A stretch of DNA of 64,000 nucleotides from Acidobacteriota bacterium (lineage in GTDB: Bacteria; Acidobacteriota; UBA4820; DSQY01): assembly GCA_049967655.1 (NCBI GenBank), contig JBMFSH010000009.1, forward strand, positions 37,374 to 101,373, written 5' to 3'. A program made the position numbers and the translations under genes. The notes under the pieces are model-generated. The model was not told the origin of the DNA. It did no database searches and saw only the letters and a list, made by a program, of their open reading frames with translations. Shown in pieces: positions 30,459 through 40,574 of the stretch. The stretch's first letter is position 1; every line of letters starts with the position of its first letter.

Positions 30459-30875
30459 ATGCGGCAACGGACGCTGACCATCATCAAGCCGGACGCCATG
30501 AGAAACGGGGTGGCGGGCCACATCCTCCAGCGCCTGCTCGACGAGGGCTTCGAGTTGAAGGGTCTGAAGATGCTCCACCTCTCCGAGACCCAGGCGGAAG
30601 GCTTCTACGCCGTCCACCGGGAGCGCTCCTTCTACCCGGAGCTCGTCCGGTTCATGACCTCCGGCCCGGTGATCGTGGCCTGTCTGGAGCGCGAGGACGC
30701 CGTGGCGCACCTCCGCAAGGTGATGGGCCCCACCGATTCCACCAAGGCGCCCCAGCAGACCCTGCGCGGCCAGTTCGGCACCAACATCCAGGAGAACGCC
30801 GTCCACGGCTCCGATTCGCCCGAGAACGCCGCCAACGAAATCAAGTTCTTCTTTCCCGGCGCCAAGTTCGACTGA
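30459..30875 (+). CDS. ndk: Nucleoside-diphosphate kinase
   Basis: RTLTIIKPDA, FYAVHRERSF, NAVHGSDS. Confidence 0.97.
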   Translation: MRQRTLTIIKPDAMRNGVAGHILQRLLDEGFELKGLKMLHLSETQAEGFYAVHRERSFYPELVRFMTSGPVIVACLEREDAVAHLRKVMGPTDSTKAPQQTLRGQFGTNIQENAVHGSDSPENAANEIKFFFPGAKFD

Positions 30876-30897
30876 ACGGTTCCTACGTCACCACCAC

Positions 30898-30929
30898 AAG
30901 GGCCGGAGGCGACTCCGGCCCTTTCTTTT
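30898..30929 (+). terminator. Intrinsic terminator after ndk
   Basis: AAGGGCCGGAG-GCGA-CTCCGGCCCTT followed by TCTTTT. Confidence 0.85.
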
Positions 30930-31057
30930 ATCCTCGGACAAATGGGACGGTCTTCATGAACGTCCCGTTGTCGGCCCCCTCCTTCGTGCGCGCGGGTGGC
31001 TCGGGAAGCCCGGGGGGAACGCGCAAGTTCAGGGGTTCCAAGTTTGCCCTCTCCCAT

Positions 31058-31080
31058 CGCGCTCTGGAGAGCGCTCCTAC
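31058..31080 (-). repeat. GTAG-type REP copy
   Basis: Reverse complement reads GTAGGAGCGCTCTCCAGAGCGCG: GTAG followed by the palindrome GCGCTCT-CC-AGAGCGC. Confidence 0.7.
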
Positions 31081-31270
31081 GGCCCTCATGGGGAGGGGGC
31101 CTTTGCTCCTCCCTTCCCCAAATTCCGCGATGGAAACGCGGGGGCCTTCGGCTCGAGGGCGCCCCAATCCCCTGATTGGTGACAAGGGCCGCTTTTTCAA
31201 TAGCTTGCCCCGCCTGCTTTGCATGTTCTTTCCCCCGTTCCATCGCTGGATTGGGGCCCTTCCCCCGTCG

Positions 31271-31299
31271 TTGCCCTCGGCTGCGCGCTCACGTATAAT
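31271..31299 (+). promoter_or_regulatory. Putative sigma70 promoter of the Che-like cluster
   Basis: TTGCCC, 17 bp, TATAAT; followed by GGAGG and a TTG start. Confidence 0.65.
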
Positions 31300-31321
31300 C
31301 GCTCTGTTACGGAGGAAACCC

Positions 31322-31981
31322 TTGGACCTGGCTAAAATCCGCAAGAAGGCGCGCCTCGAGAAGGGCGGTCGGGCCTCCCAGGAACCCGAGGAGCGCCTCG
31401 AAGCGTCGGCGCCGCCTCCTCCCTCTTCCCCTGAAACAGCCACCCTCGAGATACCCCCTCCGCCCGCCGGGCTTTCCGCGGACTCTTCGGGCGCCGGCGA
31501 AACCGACGGCCCGTCCGTCGCCGCAAGGAGCGATACCGCCGCACCCGCTCCCTCCAAGAAGGAGCGGCTCCTGATCTTCTCCATCGAGACTGAAAAATAC
31601 GCCATTCCGATCCACGAGATTTCCCTCATCATTGAGCCGCCGCATATTACCCCCATACCCAACTGCCCCGACTATCTCCTCGGGATCGTCTCCCTTCGGG
31701 GGAAGGTGGTGAGCATCATCGACGTGGCTTCGCGCCTGAGTTTGCAGCGCCTCACCGCGCCGACGGCACCAAAAATCGTCATCCTGGATATGGGCACCGA
31801 CCAGTTCGGCCTTTACGTGGATGGGATCGACCAGCTCGTGGAGGTGGCGCTGACTTCCCTCGAAACACCGCCCGAAGGATTCACCCAGAAGGCCCAGGAC
31901 TTCGTTGAAGGCGTGTTCCATCACAAGGACAGGGCTGTGGCCTATTTGAACCTGCCCGCCTTTCTGTCGTTCCGTCTCTGA
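31322..31981 (+). CDS. cheW: Chemotaxis adaptor CheW with N-terminal low-complexity extension
   Basis: TTG start after GGAGG (MDLAKIRKK), ITPIPNCPDYLLGIVSLRGKVVSIID, FGLYVD. Confidence 0.92.
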   Translation: MDLAKIRKKARLEKGGRASQEPEERLEASAPPPPSSPETATLEIPPPPAGLSADSSGAGETDGPSVAARSDTAAPAPSKKERLLIFSIETEKYAIPIHEISLIIEPPHITPIPNCPDYLLGIVSLRGKVVSIIDVASRLSLQRLTAPTAPKIVILDMGTDQFGLYVDGIDQLVEVALTSLETPPEGFTQKAQDFVEGVFHHKDRAVAYLNLPAFLSFRL

Positions 31982-31998
31982 CCGCAAGGAGTGGCCGG

Positions 31999-32760
31999 AT
32001 GCTCGTCCAGTGTCCCAACTGTCTCAAGCGGTACCGTCTCCAGCAGACCCAGGCGAGGCTCCTGAGGGTCCGGTGCAGAGGGTGCGGCAGCGAGTTTCTG
32101 GTCTCCCCCACGACCGACCAACGCCACGAAATCTTGGGCCGCGACGAGCGGACGACGGCCGTGGTGGCCGACATCCAGCGCGACTTCCGAAACCTGGTCA
32201 TCAACCTCCTGGACGATCAGGGATTCCACCTCTTCATCGTGGAGGAGGGGGATCGAGCACTGGCGACGGTGATAGAACAGAAGCCCCGCCTCCTCCTGGT
32301 CAATCCTTACCTGCCAGGCCTCTTGGGCGTGGACCTCATCGCACGAATCAGGGCCGAGGCCGCCGAGCCTCCGATCATCATCCTGATGGGCGCAATCCAC
32401 AACTCCAGGAGGTACCATCGCAGGCCCCAATCCCTGTACGGGGCCGATGATTACCTGGACGAGGGCAGCAGCGAGGCCGTGATCCTTCGCAAGCTCGCCT
32501 TTCACCTGGAGATCGCCCTGGCGGGGAACCATCTGAGCGAGGGCGTGGACGCGGAGTCCCTGCGGCTGGCGCGCAGCGTCTTCGCGGACCTCCTAGTCTA
32601 CGATCCGGACCGGATGGTGCAGGTTCACGACGTACCGGATTTTTTCCGCCTCTTCGCCGATGAGGCGGCCGAGGGCCGCCGCTATTTGGAGCACCGCCGG
32701 CCCGGAGCCGGCGAGTATCTCAGCCGAGTCGTGCATCACTACCTCCGAAAGAGGGAGTAG
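31999..32760 (+). CDS. Zinc-ribbon (MJ0042-finger-like) plus pseudo-receiver protein
   Basis: CPNC..CRGC, REC-like region with Asn in place of the phospho-Asp (LLLVNPYLP), YGADDYL. Confidence 0.78.
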   Translation: MLVQCPNCLKRYRLQQTQARLLRVRCRGCGSEFLVSPTTDQRHEILGRDERTTAVVADIQRDFRNLVINLLDDQGFHLFIVEEGDRALATVIEQKPRLLLVNPYLPGLLGVDLIARIRAEAAEPPIIILMGAIHNSRRYHRRPQSLYGADDYLDEGSSEAVILRKLAFHLEIALAGNHLSEGVDAESLRLARSVFADLLVYDPDRMVQVHDVPDFFRLFADEAAEGRRYLEHRRPGAGEYLSRVVHHYLRKRE

Positions 32761-32856
32761 GGGCAGGGCCGGGTGGAAGCGACCCTCGCCGAAGAAAACA
32801 GGAGAGCCGCCTGGCCCTCCTGAATCCTCCGGCAGGAATCGAGAAGGAGGCCAATC

Positions 32857-35067
32857 ATGGCCCAAGACCTGGCCAGCCAAGCTGCTTCGCCCGACGTGGA
32901 GACCCGGCGCAAGGCCGCCCTGGCCCTCCCCGACCTGCCTGCCGATCAGGCGCTGCCCCTCCTGGATTCGCTCCTGGGCGACGCCAACTGGCGGGTCCGC
33001 AAGGCCTCCGTCGAGTCCCTCCTGGCGCTGCCGGCAGAACGGGTCCTGCCCATCCTCTTCGACGCCCTCTACGACCCCGAGAACGCCGGGAAGAGGAACT
33101 CGGCCATCGAGACCCTCATCAAGCTGGGCAAGCCGGTCCTTCCTCACGTCTACGACCACCTCGTGGAGGGAGACCTGGACGTCAAGCTTGCCCTCATCAC
33201 CCTTCTGGGGGAAATCCCGGACAAGAGCTCCACCCCACACCTGATCTACTACCTGAGCCACGAGAACAAGAACATCAGCTCCGCGGCCATCACGAGCCTG
33301 GGTCGGCTGAGGGATACGGGCAACCTGCCCGTGCTCTTCGACCTCTTCCGGCGCCAGGACGACTGGCTCTGCTTCCATCTTATCGACGCCCTCAGCAGCA
33401 TCGGCGGCCCAGTGGCCACCGCCAAGCTCACGGAACTGTACGAGACCTCCAAGTACCGCAAGGCGGTGCTGAAGGCCTTCGGCGCCATGGGCAACCCGCA
33501 GGTCCTCCCCTTCCTCCTGGAGAGGGCTTCCGCTCCCGGAACGCCCCTACGGGACATCCTGGACGCGGTGGCCCGCATCTACCACGCCAACATACCGGCG
33601 GCGCTGCTCCCGCGGCACCAGCGGGAGGTGGCGCGGCTCATCCGTCAGCACTTTCCCATGGAGCTCCTCGGCGAGTTGGAGGAGGCCTGGGAGGAGATGA
33701 AGGTCTCGGAGCGCCGCGGATTCATCGTGCTGGCCGGAGCGCTGGCGGACCTCTCCCTGCTGGACAGGGTTCTCGATGAGCTGGAGAACCCCTACCTTCA
33801 GCGGGACGCGTTCGACGCGGCATTGGGGTACGGCCCCATCGCCAGCCGGGCCGTGGTCGCGAGGCTCCACAAGGGCCCCCAGCTCGAGCAGAAGGTCCTC
33901 CTGATCCGCCTGCTCGGCGCTCTGGGCGGCCCCGAGGCGGTGGTGCCTCTGCTCAACCAGGCGAAGGAGGACGACCTCCAGATCCGGATGGAGGCCCTCG
34001 CCGCGCTGGGGGAGGTGGAGGACCTCCGCTGCATCGACGAACTCGCCAACGTGCTTCGGGAGAGCGACCCCACCTTTCACGAGACGGCGCTGCGGGCCAT
34101 TCAGACCTTCGCAGGCCGATTCCCGGCCCACCGGGAGAAGATCTCGGAGCTGGGCAAGCGGATGGCCGGGGACGAGGAGGAGGGGGTCCGCCGATCCGGC
34201 TACGTCCTCATGGCGGAGGGCCCATCCCAGGAGCTCTCGCCCCTGCTACCCGGCCTTGGGGACCCCTCCGCGCAGGTCCGCCAGATCGTGGTCAGGATCA
34301 TCGCGGAGCGCATGGGAGCCTCGGCCTTCCAGACCCTCCTGCCCATGCTGGGGGACGCAAGCCCGAAGGTGCGGCGCTCGGTGGTCTCGGCCCTGGGCCG
34401 GGAGCTGCTCTCCCGCCAGCCCGAGACCCTGATGACGGCCCTGGCCGACCCGGACCTCTGGGTTCGATCGGAGGCCGCCGCCTTTCTGGCCCAGAGCACC
34501 GATCCGGCCGTGGGGCAGGCGCTCCTGAAGCTCCTGGAGGAGGACGAACTGCCGGTTCGGCTCGGGGCGCTGAGGGGCCTGGCGGAAGTGGGCTGCGGGA
34601 CCCTGTTCCCGACGGTCCTCGGGCTTGCGCGCTCGCAGGACGCGCCCATCGAGATCCGCCAGGCGTCCTTGGCCGCCCTGGCCCGCTCCGGCCGTCCCGA
34701 CGCCCTCCGGGTGTTCACCGAGGCGCTGTCCGACCCGCACTGGGAGGTCCGATCCAGGACCATCGAGCTCATGGGCGCCTCCAACGACCGGCGGTACATT
34801 CCGGTGCTCCTGCGCGAGCTCGAAAAGGATCCCGACCCCCTGGTGAAGCAGACGGTGGTGCAGGCGCTCCTCTCGCTCAAGGCGATCGAGGCCGTGCCGC
34901 GCATGCTCAACTACCTCACCGATCCGAACTTGAAGGACGCGGCCTTCTCCTTCTTTACCTCCCTGGGCAAGGAGCACATCCGGCTGATCGAGAACGAGGC
35001 CCAATCGGTAGACTTCCAGACCAAGCTGATCTTGATTGAAATCCTCAAGCACCTCGAGAGCCTCTGA
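32857..35067 (+). CDS. HEAT-repeat (PBS lyase-like) protein
   Basis: Repeated L.D.D..VR..A..AL units across 736 aa. Confidence 0.92.
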   Translation: MAQDLASQAASPDVETRRKAALALPDLPADQALPLLDSLLGDANWRVRKASVESLLALPAERVLPILFDALYDPENAGKRNSAIETLIKLGKPVLPHVYDHLVEGDLDVKLALITLLGEIPDKSSTPHLIYYLSHENKNISSAAITSLGRLRDTGNLPVLFDLFRRQDDWLCFHLIDALSSIGGPVATAKLTELYETSKYRKAVLKAFGAMGNPQVLPFLLERASAPGTPLRDILDAVARIYHANIPAALLPRHQREVARLIRQHFPMELLGELEEAWEEMKVSERRGFIVLAGALADLSLLDRVLDELENPYLQRDAFDAALGYGPIASRAVVARLHKGPQLEQKVLLIRLLGALGGPEAVVPLLNQAKEDDLQIRMEALAALGEVEDLRCIDELANVLRESDPTFHETALRAIQTFAGRFPAHREKISELGKRMAGDEEEGVRRSGYVLMAEGPSQELSPLLPGLGDPSAQVRQIVVRIIAERMGASAFQTLLPMLGDASPKVRRSVVSALGRELLSRQPETLMTALADPDLWVRSEAAAFLAQSTDPAVGQALLKLLEEDELPVRLGALRGLAEVGCGTLFPTVLGLARSQDAPIEIRQASLAALARSGRPDALRVFTEALSDPHWEVRSRTIELMGASNDRRYIPVLLRELEKDPDPLVKQTVVQALLSLKAIEAVPRMLNYLTDPNLKDAAFSFFTSLGKEHIRLIENEAQSVDFQTKLILIEILKHLESL

Positions 35068-35075
35068 GGCCCGCC

Positions 35076-35933
35076 ATGCTGGATATCCTGAAGGGCCCCC
35101 AGACGTGGCTGATGGAAGACGAGCTCTACAGGCGCTTTTGCGCCCTCGTCCACGAGACCACGGGGCTCTCCTTCAGCGAGAACTCGCGCTTCTTTTTCGA
35201 GAAGCGGGTGGAGATGCGGATGGCCGCCATCGGGGTAACCACCGCGCGGGACTATTACCAGTTCCTGCTCTACGACTCCGAGAGGGCCGCGGAGTGGGAC
35301 CAGCTCATCACCCACATCACCACCAACGAGACCTACTTCATGCGGGAGGAGCGCCAGCTTCGGTGCTTTCAGAAGGAGGTCATGCCCCTGGTGTGGGAGC
35401 GGAGCGCCGGGAAGCGGGTGCGCATCTGGAGCGCGGGCTGCTCCACGGGCGAGGAGGCATACTCCATCGCCATCCTCTTGAAGGAGGCTGGCCTCTACCC
35501 GGAGGACCGGGTGGAGATCATCGCCACCGACATCAACACCCGCGTCCTGGCCAAGGCCAAGTCCGCCCTCTACACCGAGGGGGCTTTCCGCGCCGTGGAC
35601 GCCTCCTTCCGACAGCAGTGGTTCACGCCCGAGGGGGCGGGACAGTTCCGCCTCCGCGAGGAGATCCGCCGGAGGGTCTCCTTTTCCCGGTTCAATCTCT
35701 TCGATATGGACAAGTACAGCCTCCTTCTGCCCTTCGACGTGATCTTCTGCCGCAACGTGATCATCTACTTCGACCTGGAGGCCAAGGTCAAGGTCATGGA
35801 GCGCTTCCACGACAAGATGCGACCGGGCGGCTTCCTGCTCCTCGGCCATTCCGAGAGCCTCATCTCCGTGACCGACCGGTTCAAGCTGATCCACCTTCCG
35901 ACGGATCTCGTCTACACGAAGGAGGCCCCATGA
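35076..35933 (+). CDS. cheR: Protein-glutamate O-methyltransferase CheR
   Basis: TTNETYFMRE, IWSAGCSTGEEAYSIA, FCRNVIIYFD, LLGHSES. Confidence 0.97.
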   Translation: MLDILKGPQTWLMEDELYRRFCALVHETTGLSFSENSRFFFEKRVEMRMAAIGVTTARDYYQFLLYDSERAAEWDQLITHITTNETYFMREERQLRCFQKEVMPLVWERSAGKRVRIWSAGCSTGEEAYSIAILLKEAGLYPEDRVEIIATDINTRVLAKAKSALYTEGAFRAVDASFRQQWFTPEGAGQFRLREEIRRRVSFSRFNLFDMDKYSLLLPFDVIFCRNVIIYFDLEAKVKVMERFHDKMRPGGFLLLGHSESLISVTDRFKLIHLPTDLVYTKEAP

Positions 35934-36997
35934 GAAAGATCCGGGTCCTCGTGGTGGACGACTCCTCCTTCAACCGCAAGATCATCTCCGAAATCCTGGA
36001 ATCCTCCGACAAGATCGAGGTGGTGGGCAAGGCCTTCGACGGCGAGGACGCCATCTCGAAAATCCTGAAGTTCCAGCCGGAGGCCATCACCCTCGACCTC
36101 GAGATGCCTCACATGGACGGCTTCGCCGTGCTCCGGTGGGTGATGGTCAATCACCCCGTCCCCGTCATCGTGGTGTCGGCCAGGGAGTCGGACCGGTCCG
36201 TCTTCAAAGCCCTCGACCTGGGCGCCGTGGACTTCGTGGTCAAGCCTTCGCGCCACGCTTCTCCGCAGCTGAAGGAGATCGACCGGGAACTGCTGTCCAA
36301 GATCCTCTCCATCCCCTCTCTCCAGTTCGACCTAGTCCGGCAACGGCTGGCCCAGACGGCGGCGCCGCCGGCCCCCGTGGCCCTCCCCGCGGCGCAGGGG
36401 GGCCGGACGGCGGAGGTGGTGGCCATCGCCGCCTCCACGGGAGGCCCTCCGGCCATCCAGCAGATCCTCCAGGGGCTGCACCCGGCGCTGGCTTCGCCGA
36501 TCTTAGTGTGCCAGCACATGCCCCCCATCTTCACCCGGCTCTTCGCCGAGCGCCTGGGCGCGCTCACGGGAAGGGCCGTGAAGGAGGCCGAGGACGGCGA
36601 GGCCTTGCGGCCCGCCCACGTCTACATCGCCCCGGGCGGCAAACAGCTCCGCCTGAGGGTGAAGGAGGGCGTCAAGCGCCTGTCGGTGGAGGAGCGGAAG
36701 CCGGAGGACCGGTTCGCCCCCTGCGCCAACCACCTCCTGACCAGCGTTGCCGAAGCCTGCGGCAAGCACTGCCTGGTGGCCGTCTTGACCGGCATGGGCG
36801 ACGACGGCAAGGAGGGCAGCCTGGCCGTCCACGCCGCAGGCGGTACGGTGGTCGCCGAATCGGAGGCCTCGGCGGTGATCTTCGGCATGCCGAGGGAGGT
36901 CATCAAGGCGGGAGCGGCGGACCACGTCACCGACATCCCCGGGGTAGTGGGTCTGATCAATCGGTACGCGCTCATGCGTCCCGGGGCTGGGCCCTAG
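35930..36997 (+). CDS. cheB: Protein-glutamate methylesterase CheB (REC + esterase)
   Basis: VVDDS, TLDLEMP, ASTGGP, QHMP, LTGMGDDG. ATGA overlap with cheR. Confidence 0.97.
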   Translation: MRKIRVLVVDDSSFNRKIISEILESSDKIEVVGKAFDGEDAISKILKFQPEAITLDLEMPHMDGFAVLRWVMVNHPVPVIVVSARESDRSVFKALDLGAVDFVVKPSRHASPQLKEIDRELLSKILSIPSLQFDLVRQRLAQTAAPPAPVALPAAQGGRTAEVVAIAASTGGPPAIQQILQGLHPALASPILVCQHMPPIFTRLFAERLGALTGRAVKEAEDGEALRPAHVYIAPGGKQLRLRVKEGVKRLSVEERKPEDRFAPCANHLLTSVAEACGKHCLVAVLTGMGDDGKEGSLAVHAAGGTVVAESEASAVIFGMPREVIKAGAADHVTDIPGVVGLINRYALMRPGAGP

Positions 36998-37059
36998 ACG
37001 GGAGTTACGCGTCAATACTCTTTAGAAATGTTCCCTTCCACGTCTAGGCGGGAGTTACG
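36994..37059. repeat. 16-bp direct repeat pair CTAGRCGGGAGTTACG, 50 bp apart
   Basis: Copies at 36994-37009 and 37044-37059, 15/16 identical. Confidence 0.7.
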
Positions 37060-37104
37060 TTGCATTCCCCATGCGGGTATGGTAAGTAGCTAGTGGGAGA
37101 AGAC

Positions 37105-37938
37105 ATGGCCGAAGACCACAACGACCTGTTCAAGAAGAGCCAAGAATTTCTGCAGATGCTCTCCCAGCAGAAGGACTTCATCCACGACCTTCTGCGGGAA
37201 AACGAGCGCCTTCGCTTCCAGGTCGCCTCCCTCCAGAACAGCTCCGCCGACCAGACCCAACTGGCCAGGGAACTGGAGCACCTCCGCCAGCGGCTGGAGC
37301 AGATCGAACGCGAAAAGAAGGAGTTGCGTGAGGCCTACCAGCGGGTGGAGGAGGAAAACAAGGACTTCGCCCAGCGCTACGTGGAGATCGAGGACCAGAA
37401 CAACAACCTGGCCAATCTCTACGTGGCCTCCTACCAGCTCCACTCGACCCTGGACTTCCAGGAGGTGGTCCACATCGTGATGGAGATCATCATCAACCTC
37501 ATCGGGGCCGAGGTCTTCTCCATCATGCTCCTGGATGAAAAGACGAACGAGCTCGGCGTCATCGCCCACGAAGGCTACGACGAGGGGATGACCTTTCCGG
37601 CCATCCGCATCGCCGAAGGGGTCATCGGCGAGGTGTCCAAGACGGGCGAGCCCTATTACATCAACCAAGCCTCCGAGGATTACCGAGTGGACTTCCTCCA
37701 TCCCATCGCCTGCATCCCGCTGAAAATAAAAGAGAACGTCATAGGCGTCATCAACATCCATAAACTGCTCGTGCAGAAGGACGCCTTCACCGCCGTGGAC
37801 TACGAACTCTTCTCGCTGCTGGCGGCCCATGCCGCGACTGCGATCTTTTCGAGCAAGCTCTATTCGCAGTCCGAGCGTAAGCTCACCACGATCCAGGGTT
37901 TCCTGGACCTTCTGACCACGCCGGCCTCGAAGGGCTGA
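37105..37938 (+). CDS. Coiled-coil plus GAF domain protein
   Basis: N-terminal heptads, then LHSTLDF.EV, EGVIGEV..TGE, ACIPLK...VIGVINI. Confidence 0.88.
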   Translation: MAEDHNDLFKKSQEFLQMLSQQKDFIHDLLRENERLRFQVASLQNSSADQTQLARELEHLRQRLEQIEREKKELREAYQRVEEENKDFAQRYVEIEDQNNNLANLYVASYQLHSTLDFQEVVHIVMEIIINLIGAEVFSIMLLDEKTNELGVIAHEGYDEGMTFPAIRIAEGVIGEVSKTGEPYYINQASEDYRVDFLHPIACIPLKIKENVIGVINIHKLLVQKDAFTAVDYELFSLLAAHAATAIFSSKLYSQSERKLTTIQGFLDLLTTPASKG

Positions 37939-37954
37939 GAGAGGGGGACGTTCG

Positions 37955-38335
37955 ATGGATGGGCTGCGCTTTCTGGTGGTCGAGGATTCCCCCACGATGC
38001 GGCAGTTGATCTCCTTCTCTCTGAAGCGTTTTAAGGGCTGCAAGATCGTCGAGGCGGTGGACGGCGTGGACGCCCTCAAGAAGCTCCAGACCGAGGAGGT
38101 GGACATGGTCCTCACGGACATCAACATGCCCGTGATGGACGGCCTCAAGCTCGTCTCCCTGGTCCGCCAGAACGTCAAGACCAAGGACCTGCCCATCGTC
38201 ATCATCACCACCGAGGGGGCCCAGGAGGACCGCGACCGGGGCCTCGCCCTGGGCGCCAACGCTTATATCAGCAAGCCCATCCAGTCTTCCCATCTCCTGA
38301 AGGTGATCGGGGAGATCCTGGAAAAGAACGGCTGA
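37955..38335 (+). CDS. cheY: CheY-like single-domain response regulator
   Basis: VVEDS, LTDINMPVMDG, IITTE, YISKP. Confidence 0.9.
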   Translation: MDGLRFLVVEDSPTMRQLISFSLKRFKGCKIVEAVDGVDALKKLQTEEVDMVLTDINMPVMDGLKLVSLVRQNVKTKDLPIVIITTEGAQEDRDRGLALGANAYISKPIQSSHLLKVIGEILEKNG

Positions 38336-38350
38336 TCCTCCCTTCGAGGG

Positions 38351-39226
38351 ATGAGCACCCCCCGCTCCCGCCCCCAGCGCCTCCCTTCGACTTGCCGCCC
38401 TCGGACACGACCAGCCTCTTCTGCCTCCCGGTTGCGGCTCGACATGGCGTTCGTCGGCACCGACCTGGCCGGATGGCAGGCACAGGCCCGCGGAACGACG
38501 GTCCAGGGCTTGGTGGACAAGGCGCTGAAGGCCATCGGCCACCGCGGTTCGCGGGTGGTCGGCTGCTCCAGGACCGATGCCGGGGTGCACGCCCGCCTCT
38601 TCACGGCCCACGTGGACGCGGCCATGGACCGGCCCCTCGAATCCGTGCTCAAGGGGCTCAACGCCAACCTCCCGCCGCAGGTGAGGATCTACCGCGTCCA
38701 TCGCGTCCCCGGCGATTTCCACGCGCGTTATTCCTGCTCCGGCAAGAGCTACCGGTACCACCTGTTCACGGCGGGGGTGGTCCCGCCCCACCTGGCGCCC
38801 TACGTCTGGGTGTGGCAAGGTCCGCTGGATGAGGCGGCCATGGAACGGGCGGCCCAGGCCTTCGTGGGTGAGCACGATTTCTCCGCCCTCACCACGCGGG
38901 AGGGGCGAGAGCGCAACACCCGCCGCAGTGTGACGCAGTGCGGATGGGAGCGGCGAGGTTCGCTGCTGGTCCTCCACGTGGCGGGACCCTCTTTCCTCCA
39001 CCGCATGGTTCGCTGCATGGGCGGGGCCATGGTGGCCGCGGGCACGGGACGACTGGTCATGGAGGAGATCCAACGGGCCTTGGCCGGCGATCTTTCGGGT
39101 CCTCAGATTCCGGCGCTGCCAGCGCGGGGGCTGGCCCTCTGGGAGGTCCGTTTCGAGGGGGCCCCGGCGCCCACCGAGAGGGCCGGGGCCTTGCCCGACA
39201 CTCCCCTCTTCCCGCTGGAAGCGTGA
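38351..39226 (+). CDS. truA: tRNA pseudouridine(38-40) synthase
   Basis: GWQAQ, SRTDAGVHA, FHARY, GEHDFSA, FLHRMVR. Confidence 0.94.
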   Translation: MSTPRSRPQRLPSTCRPRTRPASSASRLRLDMAFVGTDLAGWQAQARGTTVQGLVDKALKAIGHRGSRVVGCSRTDAGVHARLFTAHVDAAMDRPLESVLKGLNANLPPQVRIYRVHRVPGDFHARYSCSGKSYRYHLFTAGVVPPHLAPYVWVWQGPLDEAAMERAAQAFVGEHDFSALTTREGRERNTRRSVTQCGWERRGSLLVLHVAGPSFLHRMVRCMGGAMVAAGTGRLVMEEIQRALAGDLSGPQIPALPARGLALWEVRFEGAPAPTERAGALPDTPLFPLEA

Positions 39227-39315
39227 AGGTACAGCTCGCCCGGGGCCAGGCGAAGCCTACGTTTGACGGGGCGCCCACATCAGAGTCGCCAGGGACCAAC
39301 CGTCCCCGCCGCTCC

Positions 39316-40518
39316 TCACACCTCGTGGAGGGTGTGGCCCATCTTTTCCTTTTTGGTTTTTAGGTATCGGCGGTTGTTCTCGTTGGGCTTCACTTCCAGG
39401 GGGATCTGGTCCACGATCTCGATGCCGAAGCCGGAGAGGGCGGCGAGCTTTTTGGGGTTGTTCGTCAGGAGCTTGACCTTGCTGAGGCCCAGATCGTGCA
39501 GGATCTGCGCGCCGATTCCGTAGTCCCGCTGGTCGGCCGAAAACCCGAGGGCCTCGTTGGCCTCCACCGTATCCATGCCCGAGTCCTGGAGCTCGTAAGC
39601 CTTGAGCTTGTTGAGGAGGCCGATGCCCCGGCCCTCCTGCCGCAGGTAGACGACCACCCCACTCCCCTCTTTGGCGATGGCGGCCATGGCGGCCTCGAGC
39701 TGAGGTCCGCAGTCGCAGCGCTGGGAGAAGAGGGCGTCCCCCGTCAGGCACTCGGAGTGCATTCGGACCAGAACCCCATCGGCACGGCGGATGTCTCCCA
39801 TGACCAGGGCCAGGTGAGTTCGCTCGGTCAGGATGCTCTCGTAGGCCATGACGCGGAACTCACCGAATTTCGTAGGCAGTTTGGGCTGGGCCACCCGCTT
39901 CACCAACGACTCCCTGCTGAGGCGGTATTTGATGAGATCGGCGATGGTCATGATGTTGACGCCGAACTTTTCCGAGAACTTCAGTAGGTCCGGCATGCGG
40001 GCCATGGTGCCGTCGTCCTTCATGACCTCGCAGATGACCCCCGCCGGGTAGAGCCCCGCCATCCGGGACAGATCCACCGATGCCTCCGTCTGGCCGGGTC
40101 GCCGTAGCACCCCGCCCTCCTTCGCCCTCAGAGGGAAGACGTGGCCGGGCCGCGCCAGATCGTTGGGGCGCGTCGCCGGATCCAGGGCCGTCAGGATCGT
40201 GGCCGCACGGTCGTGGGCCGAGATCCCCGTGGTGGTCTTGCCCTTGGCTTCGATGGAGACGCAGAAAGCGGTCTGGAAGCTGCTGGTGTTCTCCTGGACC
40301 ATCATGGGGATCTGGAGTTCGTCCAGCCGCGCCCCGGTCATGGAGAGGCAGATGAGTCCCCTTCCGTGGGTGGCCATGAAGGTGATGATCTCAGGCGTCA
40401 CCTTTTCGGCGGGGACGTACAGATCCCCCTCGTTTTCCCGGTCCTCGTCGTCGCAGATGATGAGCATCTTGCCCTGCTGAATCTCCTCCAGGGCCTGGGG
40501 GATGGAAATGAGCGGCAT
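39316..40518 (-). CDS. ribBA: Bifunctional DHBP synthase / GTP cyclohydrolase II
   Basis: [47 protein letters not shown]. Confidence 0.98.
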   Translation of the reverse strand: MPLISIPQALEEIQQGKMLIICDDEDRENEGDLYVPAEKVTPEIITFMATHGRGLICLSMTGARLDELQIPMMVQENTSSFQTAFCVSIEAKGKTTTGISAHDRAATILTALDPATRPNDLARPGHVFPLRAKEGGVLRRPGQTEASVDLSRMAGLYPAGVICEVMKDDGTMARMPDLLKFSEKFGVNIMTIADLIKYRLSRESLVKRVAQPKLPTKFGEFRVMAYESILTERTHLALVMGDIRRADGVLVRMHSECLTGDALFSQRCDCGPQLEAAMAAIAKEGSGVVVYLRQEGRGIGLLNKLKAYELQDSGMDTVEANEALGFSADQRDYGIGAQILHDLGLSKVKLLTNNPKKLAALSGFGIEIVDQIPLEVKPNENNRRYLKTKKEKMGHTLHEV

Positions 40519-40574
40519 GTCGTTCTCCAGTCTGGTTCCGGCGGCGGCTTCGGCCCTTACGGGGCCGCCCCGCG

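Noticed and set aside
30440..31321. Long N-terminal extension of the CheW ORF (513 aa as called)
   Set aside because: It overlaps ndk and crosses its terminator. A promoter, GGAGG and TTG define the start at 31322.
35036..35929. Apparent 653-aa extended CheB ORF
   Set aside because: The upstream part is an alternate frame over cheR. CheB starts at the ATGA overlap at 35930.
36994..37059. Two 16-bp repeats with a 34-bp gap as a mini-CRISPR
   Set aside because: The repeat is too short, there are only two copies and there are no cas genes. Kept only as a possible regulatory repeat.
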